DNA from: Candidatus Doudnabacteria bacterium
GTDB lineage: Bacteria > Patescibacteriota > Doudnabacteria > UBA920
Direction: 5' to 3'
Assembly (NCBI GenBank): GCA_003151625.1
Contig: PLYC01000021.1
Location: forward strand, 16,235 to 80,234
DNA length: 64,000 nucleotides
Under the pieces are notes generated by a model, which saw only the letters and a program-made list of their open reading frames with translations, had not been told where the DNA came from and searched no databases. Shown here in pieces: positions 1-9,422 of the stretch (position 1 is the first letter of the stretch; each line of letters starts with the position of its first letter). The position numbers and the translations under genes were made by a program.

Positions 1-2
1 AT

Positions 3-206
3 TTAGCCAGAATGGCCAAGGACAAAATTGTCCAAAGCAAAATTGTTCGCAAAGGCCCGCCGGCGGAAGTTACCGTGCCAACGCCCAAAGCTCCAGCCGC
101 GACACCGGCCGCTTCCAAAAAAGAAACCCCGGTCTTGGCCGAAATTAACCAGGAAGAGCTGGATAAAAAAATAGAAGCGGCTCTTTCCGAAGATCTTACA
201 AAATAA
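3..206 (+). CDS. rpsF: Probable C-terminal tail of 30S ribosomal protein S6 (5'-truncated by window)
   Basis: Frame is open from the window edge; lies directly upstream of ssb-rpsR (conserved rpsF-ssb-rpsR order); only a low-complexity tail is visible. Confidence 0.6.
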   Translation, partial: LARMAKDKIVQSKIVRKGPPAEVTVPTPKAPAATPAASKKETPVLAEINQEELDKKIEAALSEDLTK

Positions 207-212
207 ATTATT

Positions 213-291
213 TATCCACTAATTCACGAATCATCACCAATATCACAAATTTGATATTCGTGTAATTCGTGCAATTAGTGAATTAGTGGAG
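213..291. repeat. Intergenic imperfect palindrome of short repeated units
   Basis: tccactaattcac...gtgaattagtgga arms. Confidence 0.7.
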
Positions 292-296
292 AATTT

Positions 297-812
297 ATGG
301 ACTTAAACAAAGTCATGATAATCGGGCGCCTGACCCGCGACCCGGAACTGCGCACCATTCCTTCCGGCACCAGCGTCTGCCAAATGGGCGTGGCTACCAG
401 CTACGTTTATACCAACCAAACCACCGGACAAAAAGTGGAACAAACCGAATTTCACAATGTTGTTTTATGGCGCAAGCTTGGCGAGATTGCTCATCAATAT
501 TTAAAAAAGGGTAACCAGGTTTACATTGAAGGCCGCCTGCAAACCCGCAGCTGGGACGGGAAAGACGGGCTAAAAAGAAACCGTACCGAAATTATTGCCG
601 ACAATATGATAATGCTCGGCAGTAAAAATTCCGGCTCCGCACCGACCGCCGGATCATATTCTGCCGCTGCCCCAAAGCCCCAAAGCCCGCCTGCCGAAGA
701 TTCTAATCAGCCCGGACCGGCGGACCCGTCTCGACTAGGCGGAGCCGAGGCGGAGCAATTACCCACCATTCAGCAAGGCGAGGACATTAACGTCGAAGAC
801 ATCCCATTTTAA
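297..812 (+). CDS. ssb: Single-stranded DNA-binding protein
   Basis: LNKVMIIGRLTRDPELR OB-fold start; acidic EDIPF tail. Confidence 0.98.
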   Translation: MDLNKVMIIGRLTRDPELRTIPSGTSVCQMGVATSYVYTNQTTGQKVEQTEFHNVVLWRKLGEIAHQYLKKGNQVYIEGRLQTRSWDGKDGLKRNRTEIIADNMIMLGSKNSGSAPTAGSYSAAAPKPQSPPAEDSNQPGPADPSRLGGAEAEQLPTIQQGEDINVEDIPF

Positions 813-816
813 ATAG

Positions 817-904
817 AAGCGAAGGTATAAGCGAAAACCGCAACGCGAAAAAGTTGCGAATTCGCATTTATCTTCGCGTATAATTTCGTAATTAATTCGC
901 TTCT
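817..904. repeat. Intergenic imperfect palindrome (gcgaa/ttcgc units)
   Basis: gaagcgaa...ttcgcttc arms. Confidence 0.6.
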
Positions 905-910
905 AACTAT

Positions 911-1156
911 ATGAGACCATCCAATAACAGAGACCGAGACAGCCAGCCCCAAATAAAAAAACAGTGCTATTTTTGCTCAAACAAAATTAGCACCGTAGAC
1001 TACAAAGATACGCAAACCCTGCGCCGCTTTATGTCGCCCCATGCCAAAATTATGAACCATAACCGCACCGGTACTTGCCCCAAGCACCAGCGCATGGTCA
1101 CCAAAGCCCTCAAGCAAGCCAGACATATGGCGTTATTGCCGTTTGTTGCAGCCTAA
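911..1156 (+). CDS. rpsR: 30S ribosomal protein S18 (Zn-binding form)
   Basis: CYFC...VDYKD...RTGTCPKHQR...ARHMALLPF. Confidence 0.97.
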   Translation: MRPSNNRDRDSQPQIKKQCYFCSNKISTVDYKDTQTLRRFMSPHAKIMNHNRTGTCPKHQRMVTKALKQARHMALLPFVAA

Positions 1157-1163
1157 TTAATAC

Positions 1164-1293
1164 ATCGAATTAACGAATAGAACGACACAGTCATCCGACG
1201 TGTCGCCCTGTCGAATGACAGGGCGAATCTACGAAGAACAACGAATTCGCAGATTCACAAATATTCGTTGATTCGTCTCATTCGTAGATTCGA
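1164..1293. repeat. Intergenic palindrome with nested GC hairpins
   Basis: atcgaat...attcgat arms, cgaat/attcg units, inner cgccctgtc-gaat-gacagggcg. Confidence 0.65.
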
Positions 1294-1300
1294 TATATTT

Positions 1301-1861
1301 ATGGATTTAAATGACATGAAAATTGGGACTATCATTCTCTGGGAAAAACAACCGGTAATGATTATTTGGAGCAACCGAATGCGCACGGCCCAAAGAAAGC
1401 CCGTAATGCAAACCAAAATGCGCAACGTAATTACCGGCAAAGTTTACGAATATTCTTTTAAATTTGGTGAAAGCATAGAAGAGGCGGATGTGATTCGTGA
1501 AAAAGCTAATTTTTTGTATACCGACGCCGAAGGCACTCACTTTATGAATAATGAAACTTTCGAGACCATAGATATTGCCAAGGATGTGACCTTAGAACAG
1601 GAAAAATTCCTCAAAGAAGGAATGGAAGTCAGCATTCTGCGCTTTAACAACAAACCGGTATCTATTGAACTGCCAATAAAGATCGAGCTCAAAGTCACCG
1701 AAGCTCCTCCGGACACCAAAGGCAACAGCGGCGGCAATGTAACCAAACCTGTGACCTTAGAAACCGGCCTGGTGGTAGACGCGCCAATGTTTATTAAAGA
1801 AGGCGACACTCTCCGCATCGACACCCGCGACGGCCAATACGTGGAACGCGCCAGCCAGTAA
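1301..1861 (+). CDS. efp: Elongation factor P
   Basis: KPVTLETGLVVDAPMFIKEGDTLRIDTRDGQYVER signature; ATG at 1301 chosen as start. Confidence 0.96.
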   Translation: MDLNDMKIGTIILWEKQPVMIIWSNRMRTAQRKPVMQTKMRNVITGKVYEYSFKFGESIEEADVIREKANFLYTDAEGTHFMNNETFETIDIAKDVTLEQEKFLKEGMEVSILRFNNKPVSIELPIKIELKVTEAPPDTKGNSGGNVTKPVTLETGLVVDAPMFIKEGDTLRIDTRDGQYVERASQ

Positions 1862-1907
1862 TGGAACAAATTAACACGGATCAAAGCAACGAATTAACAC
1901 GGATACA

Positions 1908-1937
1908 AAACTCCCATACACTGTTGTATGGGAGTTC
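1908..1937. terminator. Hairpin between convergent genes
   Basis: aactcccataca-ctgt-tgtatgggagtt. Confidence 0.7.
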
Positions 1938-1967
1938 TTCGTTGTGTTCGTATTATGCCAGACAGTC

Positions 1968-2306
1968 CTATTTTAAAATCAACACCCCAACCACATAAGA
2001 CGCAAAATTCATAACACAGGCTAATAAAAAAAGTTTTCTTGGATTTTCTTTAAATGCCCACCATAATATCAGCCATTCAACTACAACTACAATAATTTCC
2101 AAAAAGCCAATAACAAAAAAATTTATCGTCACCGAAAAAAATAACCTGTTTATTACCAAAATATAATTTAAAAGTGGGTTGGTAATAAGATTTACAAGGA
2201 TAACAGCCAACAGCTGTTTTCTGCTATTGAATCCAATCAACAACGCTACCGATAATTCCACCGTTATGGCCAGTAAAAGTGGCTCAACTAAATTATTTAT
2301 CAGCAT
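1968..2306 (-). CDS. Small multi-pass membrane protein
   Basis: Hydrophobic ORF with TVE...NLITNP...LE...VVE...N-S pattern; ATG at 2306. Confidence 0.7.
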   Translation of the reverse strand: MLINNLVEPLLLAITVELSVALLIGFNSRKQLLAVILVNLITNPLLNYILVINRLFFSVTINFFVIGFLEIIVVVVEWLILWWAFKENPRKLFLLACVMNFASYVVGVLILK

Positions 2307-2520
2307 TCTTTTTCCGGAATAATCTGAATAAAAGATATACAGCAAGGACGACTACTCCGATTACAACAACTGCAAATATAGTAAGCTGAAATATACCAAT
2401 AGTAAGTGGCTGGACTTGGGCAGCCTTTTCGCCGGGCGCGATAGGATCTGCAAAAACTTTACCAACAAGTGATAAATTTAAAAAAACAGATAACACCGAT
2501 GCTTTTATTATCTTTACCAT
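2293..2520 (-). CDS. Small protein with signal peptide and C-terminal TM helix
   Basis: Signal-like N-terminus ending VFA-DP; hydrophobic helix followed by RKK. Confidence 0.65.
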   Translation of the reverse strand: MVKIIKASVLSVFLNLSLVGKVFADPIAPGEKAAQVQPLTIGIFQLTIFAVVVIGVVVLAVYLLFRLFRKKNADK

Positions 2521-2620
2521 ATTCGTAGCTTTTTAGTTTTTGTCGGAATCCAAATGAATTTAAATAACCTTAACTTTAGTCTACATCAAAGCAAATAATT
2601 TTAAAAGTGACTTGCTCATA

Positions 2621-2649
2621 AAAAACCCCTCTCACGCGAGAGGGGTTTT
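2621..2649 (-). terminator. Intrinsic terminator
   Basis: aaaaacccctctc-acgc-gagaggggtttt. Confidence 0.8.
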
Positions 2650-2693
2650 AATTTGTGTTTATTCGTAATTAATTCGTGTTTATTTGTTTGCTC

Positions 2694-5630
2694 TTATTGC
2701 ATCCGTGAATCCCCGGAAGTCATAGGGGAAAGAATGTACAGGCGGAAGTCATAGGAGTTGGCCGGGACCACAAATGAGGCTTGGCCGCCATTGTTTAGGA
2801 AAGTGTTCCAGTCGGGAACCGGAATTAGGCCGCTTTGGTGGACAAAATAAATGGTTTGGCCGCTTTTTATCCAGCTGCCCCAGGGGTGATGGACTGCCGT
2901 TGTTGATACGGTATAACCGGAGTCGGCCAAACCTGAATTACCAACCGCCACGACATTGCCAAATTTATATCCTAATCCCAAAAATACGGAGGCACTCGTA
3001 AAAGCAGTTTTGGTATTTTTATAAACTATATACACGGTTGAGCCTTCGGAAATTAGCTGGCCGTTTGCGTAAGCGCTGGCGCCAAGGACGCTGCTTGAAC
3101 CTCCCGGATACTGCAAGCTACCGCCGCCGTTGTTATTGTAAGGATAACCGCTGTTATAAGAATAGCCACCAACGGTAACATATAAACTCTGGCAGGAGTT
3201 GGCGCTGTTTTGGCAAATTTGCAGGGTGGAACTGCCGTTGCTAATTCCGTAAATAGTTATCACGCTACCGTTAAAGCTGGCGGAAATAACGCCGGGGTTG
3301 CTGTTGGAAGAAATATAATAGCCATATCCGCCGTTGCCGGAAACGTTCACCGTGGCGCTCTGGCCGACATTTAAACCTAAAGATGATTGGCTTAATATAA
3401 TATTATTGCCGCCGTAGCCATAACCATTAACGCTAACATATACGCTGGCGCACTGGCTAGAACTTGAGCCGCACAATACTATTGTGCTGCTGCCAGAACT
3501 TTGCCCATAAAAAGTAGCCTGGTTGACCGAAACACTTACCGAAACCACACCGGAATTGCTGTTGGAAGAAACATAAACAGAGGGCACATTGTAAGCCGAA
3601 ATAATCATGCTTTGACCCTGGCTTAAACTTAAACTAGTCTGGCTTAAAGACAGACTGCCACCGTAATTATTAGAAGATCCGCCACCGACTGTTACATAAA
3701 GCGTGCCGCAAAATCCCAAAGCCGTACTGCAAACAGAAATATTGCTGGAACCGTTTTGATTGGCGGTTAAATTTAATACCGTGCCCGAAATATTCGCGGA
3801 CACAACATAAGGACTGCTGTTGGAAGAAATATAATATGCGCTGGAATTATTTAAGTAAGATGTGGCATAGGAACTGCTATTAACAGAAACCGCCAGGCTT
3901 TGCCCAACATAAAGAGTAGGATTAGCCGGACTAAACCACAGGTTGGTGTTGGCTCCCAAAACCCCGCTGACCGTAACATAAAGGGTCGCGCAGGAAGAAC
4001 TATTAGAACTTTGGCAAACTAAAACATTGGTGTTACCGGCGCTTAAAGCGTTAACATATATGCTGCTGCCGGACATGCTGGCCGATGCAACACCGGAGTT
4101 GGAATTGCTGGAAATATAATAACTTCCGTAAGAAATGTTGTTGTTGTAAACGGCAACTGTCGCGCTTTGTCCGGAATTCAAAGACAGGCTGGAAGGACTA
4201 AAAGAAATTGTCCCCGAACTTCCGTTGCCGCCAACCGTAACATATAAGCTTACACAGGAAGAAATATTACTCGCGCAAATGCTTATAGTGCTGGAGCCAA
4301 CAGCCAAACCGTAAAGGCTAATGTTGTTTCCAGAGATGCTGGCCGATGCAACGCTGGAATTGCCATTGTTGGAAATATAAATGCTGTTGCCGTTATTGTA
4401 AGCCGTGACCACAGAAGTTTGGCCAATATTTAAGCTGACGCTGGTCTGGCTTAAAGAAAAAGAACCAATACCGCTGCCGCCGCCAACAGTTACATACAAG
4501 TAACCGCAAGTAGAATTACTCTGGCATACCGTAATTGTGCTGCTGCCAGTGCTCCCCGCCTGCAAATAAAGGGAACTGCCGGTAATGCTGGCAGACACGA
4601 TGCTCGAATTGCTGTTGTTGGAAATGTAAAGAGAAGTTCCAAAATACGAGGCAGAAATAAAGACAGTGGAGCTTTGGCCAACCGATAAATTTACAGAGCT
4701 GGGACTAAAAGTTATTGAGCCGGAACTGCTGCCGCCGCCAACTGTCACATACAAGGTTGCGCACTGGCTGGAACTATTTTGGCAAATACTAATGTTGGTT
4801 GAACCGTTACTAATTCCGTTAACATAAACCGTATTGCCCGAAACGCTGGCGCCGGCCACCGAAGAGTTGCTGTTGCCGGAAATGTAAGCTGAAGATCCGC
4901 TGTTGTATCCATAAACGGTAACCGTGGAGCTTTGGCCAACCGTTAAAGATAAACTAGTCTGGCTCAAAGAAAGACTGCCGGAACCGCATCCGTTGTAGCA
5001 ACTGCCGCCGTTGACTGTGGCATATAAAGTGGCGCAAGAGCTGCTACTGTTGGAACAAACACTAATGTTTGTTGAGCCGCTAACCAATCCATAAACGTTT
5101 ACCTGATTACCGGAAGCGGTCGCGGAAGCGACGCTCGGATTAGAATTGCTGGAAACGTAAAAACTATTACTCTGACCATAAACAGGATAGCTTGCGGTTA
5201 CAGAAGCGGTTTGGCCGACGTTTAAGCTTAGGCTGGTCTGACTCAAAGTTAATCCGCCCACATTGCATCCACTGTAACCGCAGCCGTTATTATTATAGTT
5301 ATTGCCGTTATTGTATCCGTAATTGTTGCTATAGACCTGCTGGCCGCCAACTGTGGCGTTAATTTGCGAACCCACGGCAGAATCAACCATAGTCATAAAA
5401 TTTCCGCTGTAATCCGTGAACCCGCTGACGCTAGTCAGTAAACTGCTGCCGGAAGGCGTGTAATTTATAGCCACTGCGGCGTTAGGCTGGCCGCCGCTAA
5501 TGGAAACTGTCGTGCTGTTTCCGGAGGAATAAACGCTTAATGTTGGGCTATAGGCCAAAACCGAACCGGCAAAACCCATAAAAAAGCTTATAAATAAAGC
5601 AAAAATTAAGCTTTTTGATAATGTCTTCAT
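2694..5630 (-). CDS. Large secreted Ser/Gly/Asn-rich surface protein with 8 tandem Ig-like repeats
   Basis: Signal peptide; eight ~85-90 aa units LSQTSLSLxxGQ...SNSN...C-x5-7-C..LYVTV. Confidence 0.85.
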   Translation of the reverse strand: MKTLSKSLIFALFISFFMGFAGSVLAYSPTLSVYSSGNSTTVSISGGQPNAAVAINYTPSGSSLLTSVSGFTDYSGNFMTMVDSAVGSQINATVGGQQVYSNNYGYNNGNNYNNNGCGYSGCNVGGLTLSQTSLSLNVGQTASVTASYPVYGQSNSFYVSSNSNPSVASATASGNQVNVYGLVSGSTNISVCSNSSSSCATLYATVNGGSCYNGCGSGSLSLSQTSLSLTVGQSSTVTVYGYNSGSSAYISGNSNSSVAGASVSGNTVYVNGISNGSTNISICQNSSSQCATLYVTVGGGSSSGSITFSPSSVNLSVGQSSTVFISASYFGTSLYISNNSNSSIVSASITGSSLYLQAGSTGSSTITVCQSNSTCGYLYVTVGGGSGIGSFSLSQTSVSLNIGQTSVVTAYNNGNSIYISNNGNSSVASASISGNNISLYGLAVGSSTISICASNISSCVSLYVTVGGNGSSGTISFSPSSLSLNSGQSATVAVYNNNISYGSYYISSNSNSGVASASMSGSSIYVNALSAGNTNVLVCQSSNSSSCATLYVTVSGVLGANTNLWFSPANPTLYVGQSLAVSVNSSSYATSYLNNSSAYYISSNSSPYVVSANISGTVLNLTANQNGSSNISVCSTALGFCGTLYVTVGGGSSNNYGGSLSLSQTSLSLSQGQSMIISAYNVPSVYVSSNSNSGVVSVSVSVNQATFYGQSSGSSTIVLCGSSSSQCASVYVSVNGYGYGGNNIILSQSSLGLNVGQSATVNVSGNGGYGYYISSNSNPGVISASFNGSVITIYGISNGSSTLQICQNSANSCQSLYVTVGGYSYNSGYPYNNNGGGSLQYPGGSSSVLGASAYANGQLISEGSTVYIVYKNTKTAFTSASVFLGLGYKFGNVVAVGNSGLADSGYTVSTTAVHHPWGSWIKSGQTIYFVHQSGLIPVPDWNTFLNNGGQASFVVPANSYDFRLYILSPMTSGDSRMQ

Positions 5631-5819
5631 ATATTTAAAAAATTAATAATTAATTCTTGCTGGATTCTATATTATTATCCTTTTATCCCTGTTTGTCAAT
5701 GCAATTTAGGAATTTTTTTATAAAATAATTTGGCTTAAAAGTCAATCAAAAATCTTCCAAATAAAAAAATTGGGCGTTACCCATAGCGGGCAAACGCTCA
5801 ATTTCAATGGAGCTGTTAA

Positions 5820-7049
5820 TTATTCCATTTTATCTATAATCCTTTGCGCGGCTAAAACATAAGCGGCAGTTCTAAAAGTACAGTTGTATTTATTTTTCTG
5901 TTCCAAAACATCGGCAAACGCCAATTTAATTTGTTTGGATAATTTTTCCAGCACCTGTTCCTTGTTCCAGCTTTCACCCTTCATGTTCTGATACCACTCA
6001 TAGTAAGAGACGCACACTCCGCCGCTGTTGGCCAAAATGTCGGGAATAACAGCCACGCCATTTTTGGCAAAAATTATATCCGCCTCCGGTGTTGTTGGCC
6101 CGTTGGCCATCTCCACTATTAATTTGGCTTTAACTTTTTCGGCATTGTCTTTGGTTAAAACATTTTCCAACGCCGCCGGCACCAAAACATCGACAGGCAA
6201 TTCCAACAGCTGTTCATTGGAAATATTTTTTGCTCCCGGAAAATCTTTTAACGCTCCGCTGGATTTTTTGTAAGCCAGCACCTTTTCAAATCCTAAACCT
6301 TCAGGGTTATAAATCCCGCCTTTGGAATCCGATAACGCGACAATCTTGTAACCGATTTTTTCCGCCGCTTGGGCAAAAAAAGTAGAAACGTTGCCGAAAC
6401 CCTGAATGGCAACACTGGCATCTTTTGCCAAACCGACTACTTTGCTTTTTACTACTTCTTCAAAAACGTAAACACCGCCAAAACCGGTAGCCTCTTCCCT
6501 TCCCTGACTGCCGCCGTTGTCCAAAGACTTGCCGGTGAAAGTTGCTTTGGAGCTGTTAAAAGAGCGTTTTTGGTATTCGTCGAGCATCCAGCCCATAATT
6601 TGTCCGGTAGTGTTTACGTCCGGGGCGGGCACGTCTGTTTCCGGACCGATTATGGGATAAATCTTTTTTACGTAACCGCGGCTTAAACGTTCAAGTTCAG
6701 CCGCCGATAATTCTTTTGGGTTTACAATAATGCCGCCCTTGCCGCCGCCAAACGGCACGTTAACCACGGCGTTTTTAAAAGACATCCAAAAACTTAAAGC
6801 GCGCACCTCGTCAAGATTCACGTCCTGATGAAAGCGAATGCCCCCCTTGTAGGGCCCGCGGGCGTTATTGTGCTGGCTTCTGAAACCCGTAAAAATTTTT
6901 TGCGAACCATTATCCATTTTTAACGGAATGGCGACTTCCACGTAACGATCCGGATTTTTTAACTGTTCTACTTTGTCTTTATCCAAGTGGGCTGTTTCTG
7001 CGGCTTGCTGCAGCTGGGATTTGGCCGTCTCAAAAGGGTTTATTGTCAT
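5820..7049 (-). CDS. gdhA: Glu/Leu/Phe/Val (glutamate) dehydrogenase
   Basis: GPYKGGIRF, GGGKGG, DVPAPDVNT, QGFGNV, ANSGGV motifs. Confidence 0.95.
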   Translation of the reverse strand: MTINPFETAKSQLQQAAETAHLDKDKVEQLKNPDRYVEVAIPLKMDNGSQKIFTGFRSQHNNARGPYKGGIRFHQDVNLDEVRALSFWMSFKNAVVNVPFGGGKGGIIVNPKELSAAELERLSRGYVKKIYPIIGPETDVPAPDVNTTGQIMGWMLDEYQKRSFNSSKATFTGKSLDNGGSQGREEATGFGGVYVFEEVVKSKVVGLAKDASVAIQGFGNVSTFFAQAAEKIGYKIVALSDSKGGIYNPEGLGFEKVLAYKKSSGALKDFPGAKNISNEQLLELPVDVLVPAALENVLTKDNAEKVKAKLIVEMANGPTTPEADIIFAKNGVAVIPDILANSGGVCVSYYEWYQNMKGESWNKEQVLEKLSKQIKLAFADVLEQKNKYNCTFRTAAYVLAAQRIIDKME

Positions 7050-7076
7050 GTTAGATTAAAGATTAATGATTTAAGA

Positions 7077-8021
7077 TTAAATTGCTTTTTCGTTTTCCAA
7101 CACCGGGCTGTTAAAACTGCCGCCAGTCAAAACCAAAGCTGTTACCGAAGCCAATAATACCAGAGCTCCAACAATTTGCCAAGCGTTTAAAGTAATGCCC
7201 AAAAATTTCCAGTTGACAACAGTCAGCGCCAAAGGATATCCAAGTTCCATTAAAGTGGCAACCGAAGCTTTGGTGTGGCGCAGACCGTAGTAATATAGCC
7301 AAAGAGAGAAAAATCCGGTAACCAGGGCAATAATAATAACGTTACGCCAAAACAGCGGGGTCATTTGGCCAAATTGAAAATGATAGCCTATGACCACATA
7401 AACAGTTAAAAATATAAGCCCAAAAACGAAGCGCATCCCGTTAACCAGCTGTACATCAATATTTGACATTAAAGATCGCCCGACCACGGTACCGCCGGCC
7501 CATAAAATTGCCGCGCCAACTGCTAGAGCCGGTCCAAATAAATGCAAATGTCCACCGGAGCTCCAAAGTCCGGCCGGATTAGCCCAGCCAAACGTGACCA
7601 AATAGGCGCCGAGCAATGCAGGGACGGCAAACAGCCAGAATCTTGGCGAAAGTTTTTCCTTTAAAAAAATTACGGCCAGTGAAATGGCAAATATGGGTTG
7701 TAGTTTTTGTAGCAACGCGGCAATGGTAAAATTATAATTCATGGCCACCGCGGCCTGTACATAAAGTAGGGCGCCCAAGGCCGACGCTCCGGCGCCAATG
7801 TAAAGAAGCCCCGCCCACTGTTTTAAGGTCAAATTTTTAAACCCCGCGCGCTTGGCTAAAAGCCCCGGCATGCTGACAAGGCTGTTAAGCAGGTGCTCTA
7901 AAAACCCGACAAACGGCACCGAAAGGCCGCCCAAAAGCAGCGGTTCCCGAAACGGCGTATCGCCCGCCCACAGCAGTGATGAAAGAAAAACAATTAACGG
8001 TCCGCGCTTTTTTGTATCCAT
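7077..8021 (-). CDS. EamA/DMT family transporter
   Basis: About 10 TM helices in two EamA repeats. Confidence 0.9.
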   Translation of the reverse strand: MDTKKRGPLIVFLSSLLWAGDTPFREPLLLGGLSVPFVGFLEHLLNSLVSMPGLLAKRAGFKNLTLKQWAGLLYIGAGASALGALLYVQAAVAMNYNFTIAALLQKLQPIFAISLAVIFLKEKLSPRFWLFAVPALLGAYLVTFGWANPAGLWSSGGHLHLFGPALAVGAAILWAGGTVVGRSLMSNIDVQLVNGMRFVFGLIFLTVYVVIGYHFQFGQMTPLFWRNVIIIALVTGFFSLWLYYYGLRHTKASVATLMELGYPLALTVVNWKFLGITLNAWQIVGALVLLASVTALVLTGGSFNSPVLENEKAI

Positions 8022-8026
8022 TGCAA

Positions 8027-8494
8027 TTATTTTTCCAATTTCTTAATATTTTTAATATCTTTTTTTATCTGCGCTTTTAACTCAATCTCCGATGAAAACT
8101 TTTTAAACGGCCTAATAAACTTCCCTAATGTTATTACAATTTTTTTGCCGTACAGGTTTCCTTTAAAACCTATCAGATGAGCTTCAAGTTTGGGCAGATG
8201 ATGTTTATCGAGCGGACCAATTACGATCGCGGCCACATACATTTTGCGATGTAGCGGCGGCCACCCAACTTCGCCAAGGCTTCGTCGGGCAGGCTGGCCG
8301 CCATTATTTTGGAGGCCGATGGCCTCCGCTACAATCACACCTCCCGCATATACCCCCAGCCTAACCTTTAACCCCCGTCTGACATAATCTCTCCTATCCA
8401 AATTTGCCGTAGGAAATCCTAGTTTTTTGCCATAGCTGTCACCATGAACCACCCGGCCTGATACTTGAAAATTTCTGCTTGGTAATTTATTCAT
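8027..8494 (-). CDS. Stand-alone riboflavin kinase with internal palindromic insertion
   Basis: GRVVHG..GKKLGFPTAN, GVY, EAHL, LYGK, RPFKKF motifs. Confidence 0.9.
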   Translation of the reverse strand: MNKLPSRNFQVSGRVVHGDSYGKKLGFPTANLDRRDYVRRGLKVRLGVYAGGVIVAEAIGLQNNGGQPARRSLGEVGWPPLHRKMYVAAIVIGPLDKHHLPKLEAHLIGFKGNLYGKKIVITLGKFIRPFKKFSSEIELKAQIKKDIKNIKKLEK

Positions 8495-9416
8495 GTTCTG
8501 TTAAATATTTTTCTACATCTAGCGCGGCCATGCATCCCATACCGGCAGCCGAAACTGCCTGCCTATAGCGCGGATCGTTAACGTCTCCGGCCACAAACAC
8601 CCCCTCTATATTAGTGTGGGTGTGGTTCTTTACAACGATATAACCTTTTTGGTCGGTTTCTATGCCGGCAGCTGCAAAAATTTTCGCGGCTGGAGTATGG
8701 CCAATGGCCACAAACAAACCCTGGACAGGCAAAACCGATTCGTGACCGGATTGATTATCCTTAATCTTTAATCCCTCTACCGATTTTTCCCCCAAGACTT
8801 CCAAAATGGTAGCGTCGCCTATAAATTTAATTTTCGAATTATCCTGCGCCCTTTTGAGCATAATTTTACTGGCTCTAAATTCCGGACGACGATGAACAAT
8901 AGTCACAGTATTGGCAAACTTGGTTAAAAAAGTCGCTTCTTCCATAGCGCTGTCCCCGCCGCCGGCCACAATGATATCTTTTCCCTTAAAGAAAAATCCG
9001 TCGCAGGTCGCGCATGCCGAAACGCCTTTGCCGCGTAGTTTCTGCTCGCTGGGCAAATTTAACCAGTTAGCGTCGGCTCCGGTGGCAATAATTATTGTTT
9101 TTGCAAGATATTCGGCTTTATCGGTAGTGATTTTAAACGGCTGATTTTTAAAATCCGCGGCCGTAACATTTTCCGGCAAAATCTCCGTGCCAAACTTTTT
9201 TACCTGCTTCATCATATTTTCCATTAACTCCGGACCCATAATCCCTTCCGGAAAACCTGGAAAATTTTCCACTTCCGTGGTGTCCATTAGCTGGCCGCCG
9301 GGTTTTAAACCAGCCAATACCAAAGGCTTAAGTTCCGCCCTGGCCGCGTATAACGCGGCAGTCAGTCCGGCCGGGCCAGAACCTATAATTATTGTATTGA
9401 AAATCTGTTTGTCCAT
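8487..9416 (-). CDS. trxB: Thioredoxin-disulfide reductase
   Basis: GSGPAG, CATCDG, GGGDSAMEEA, AGDV. Confidence 0.97.
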   Translation of the reverse strand: MDKQIFNTIIIGSGPAGLTAALYAARAELKPLVLAGLKPGGQLMDTTEVENFPGFPEGIMGPELMENMMKQVKKFGTEILPENVTAADFKNQPFKITTDKAEYLAKTIIIATGADANWLNLPSEQKLRGKGVSACATCDGFFFKGKDIIVAGGGDSAMEEATFLTKFANTVTIVHRRPEFRASKIMLKRAQDNSKIKFIGDATILEVLGEKSVEGLKIKDNQSGHESVLPVQGLFVAIGHTPAAKIFAAAGIETDQKGYIVVKNHTHTNIEGVFVAGDVNDPRYRQAVSAAGMGCMAALDVEKYLTEHE

Positions 9417-9422
9417 AAAAAA

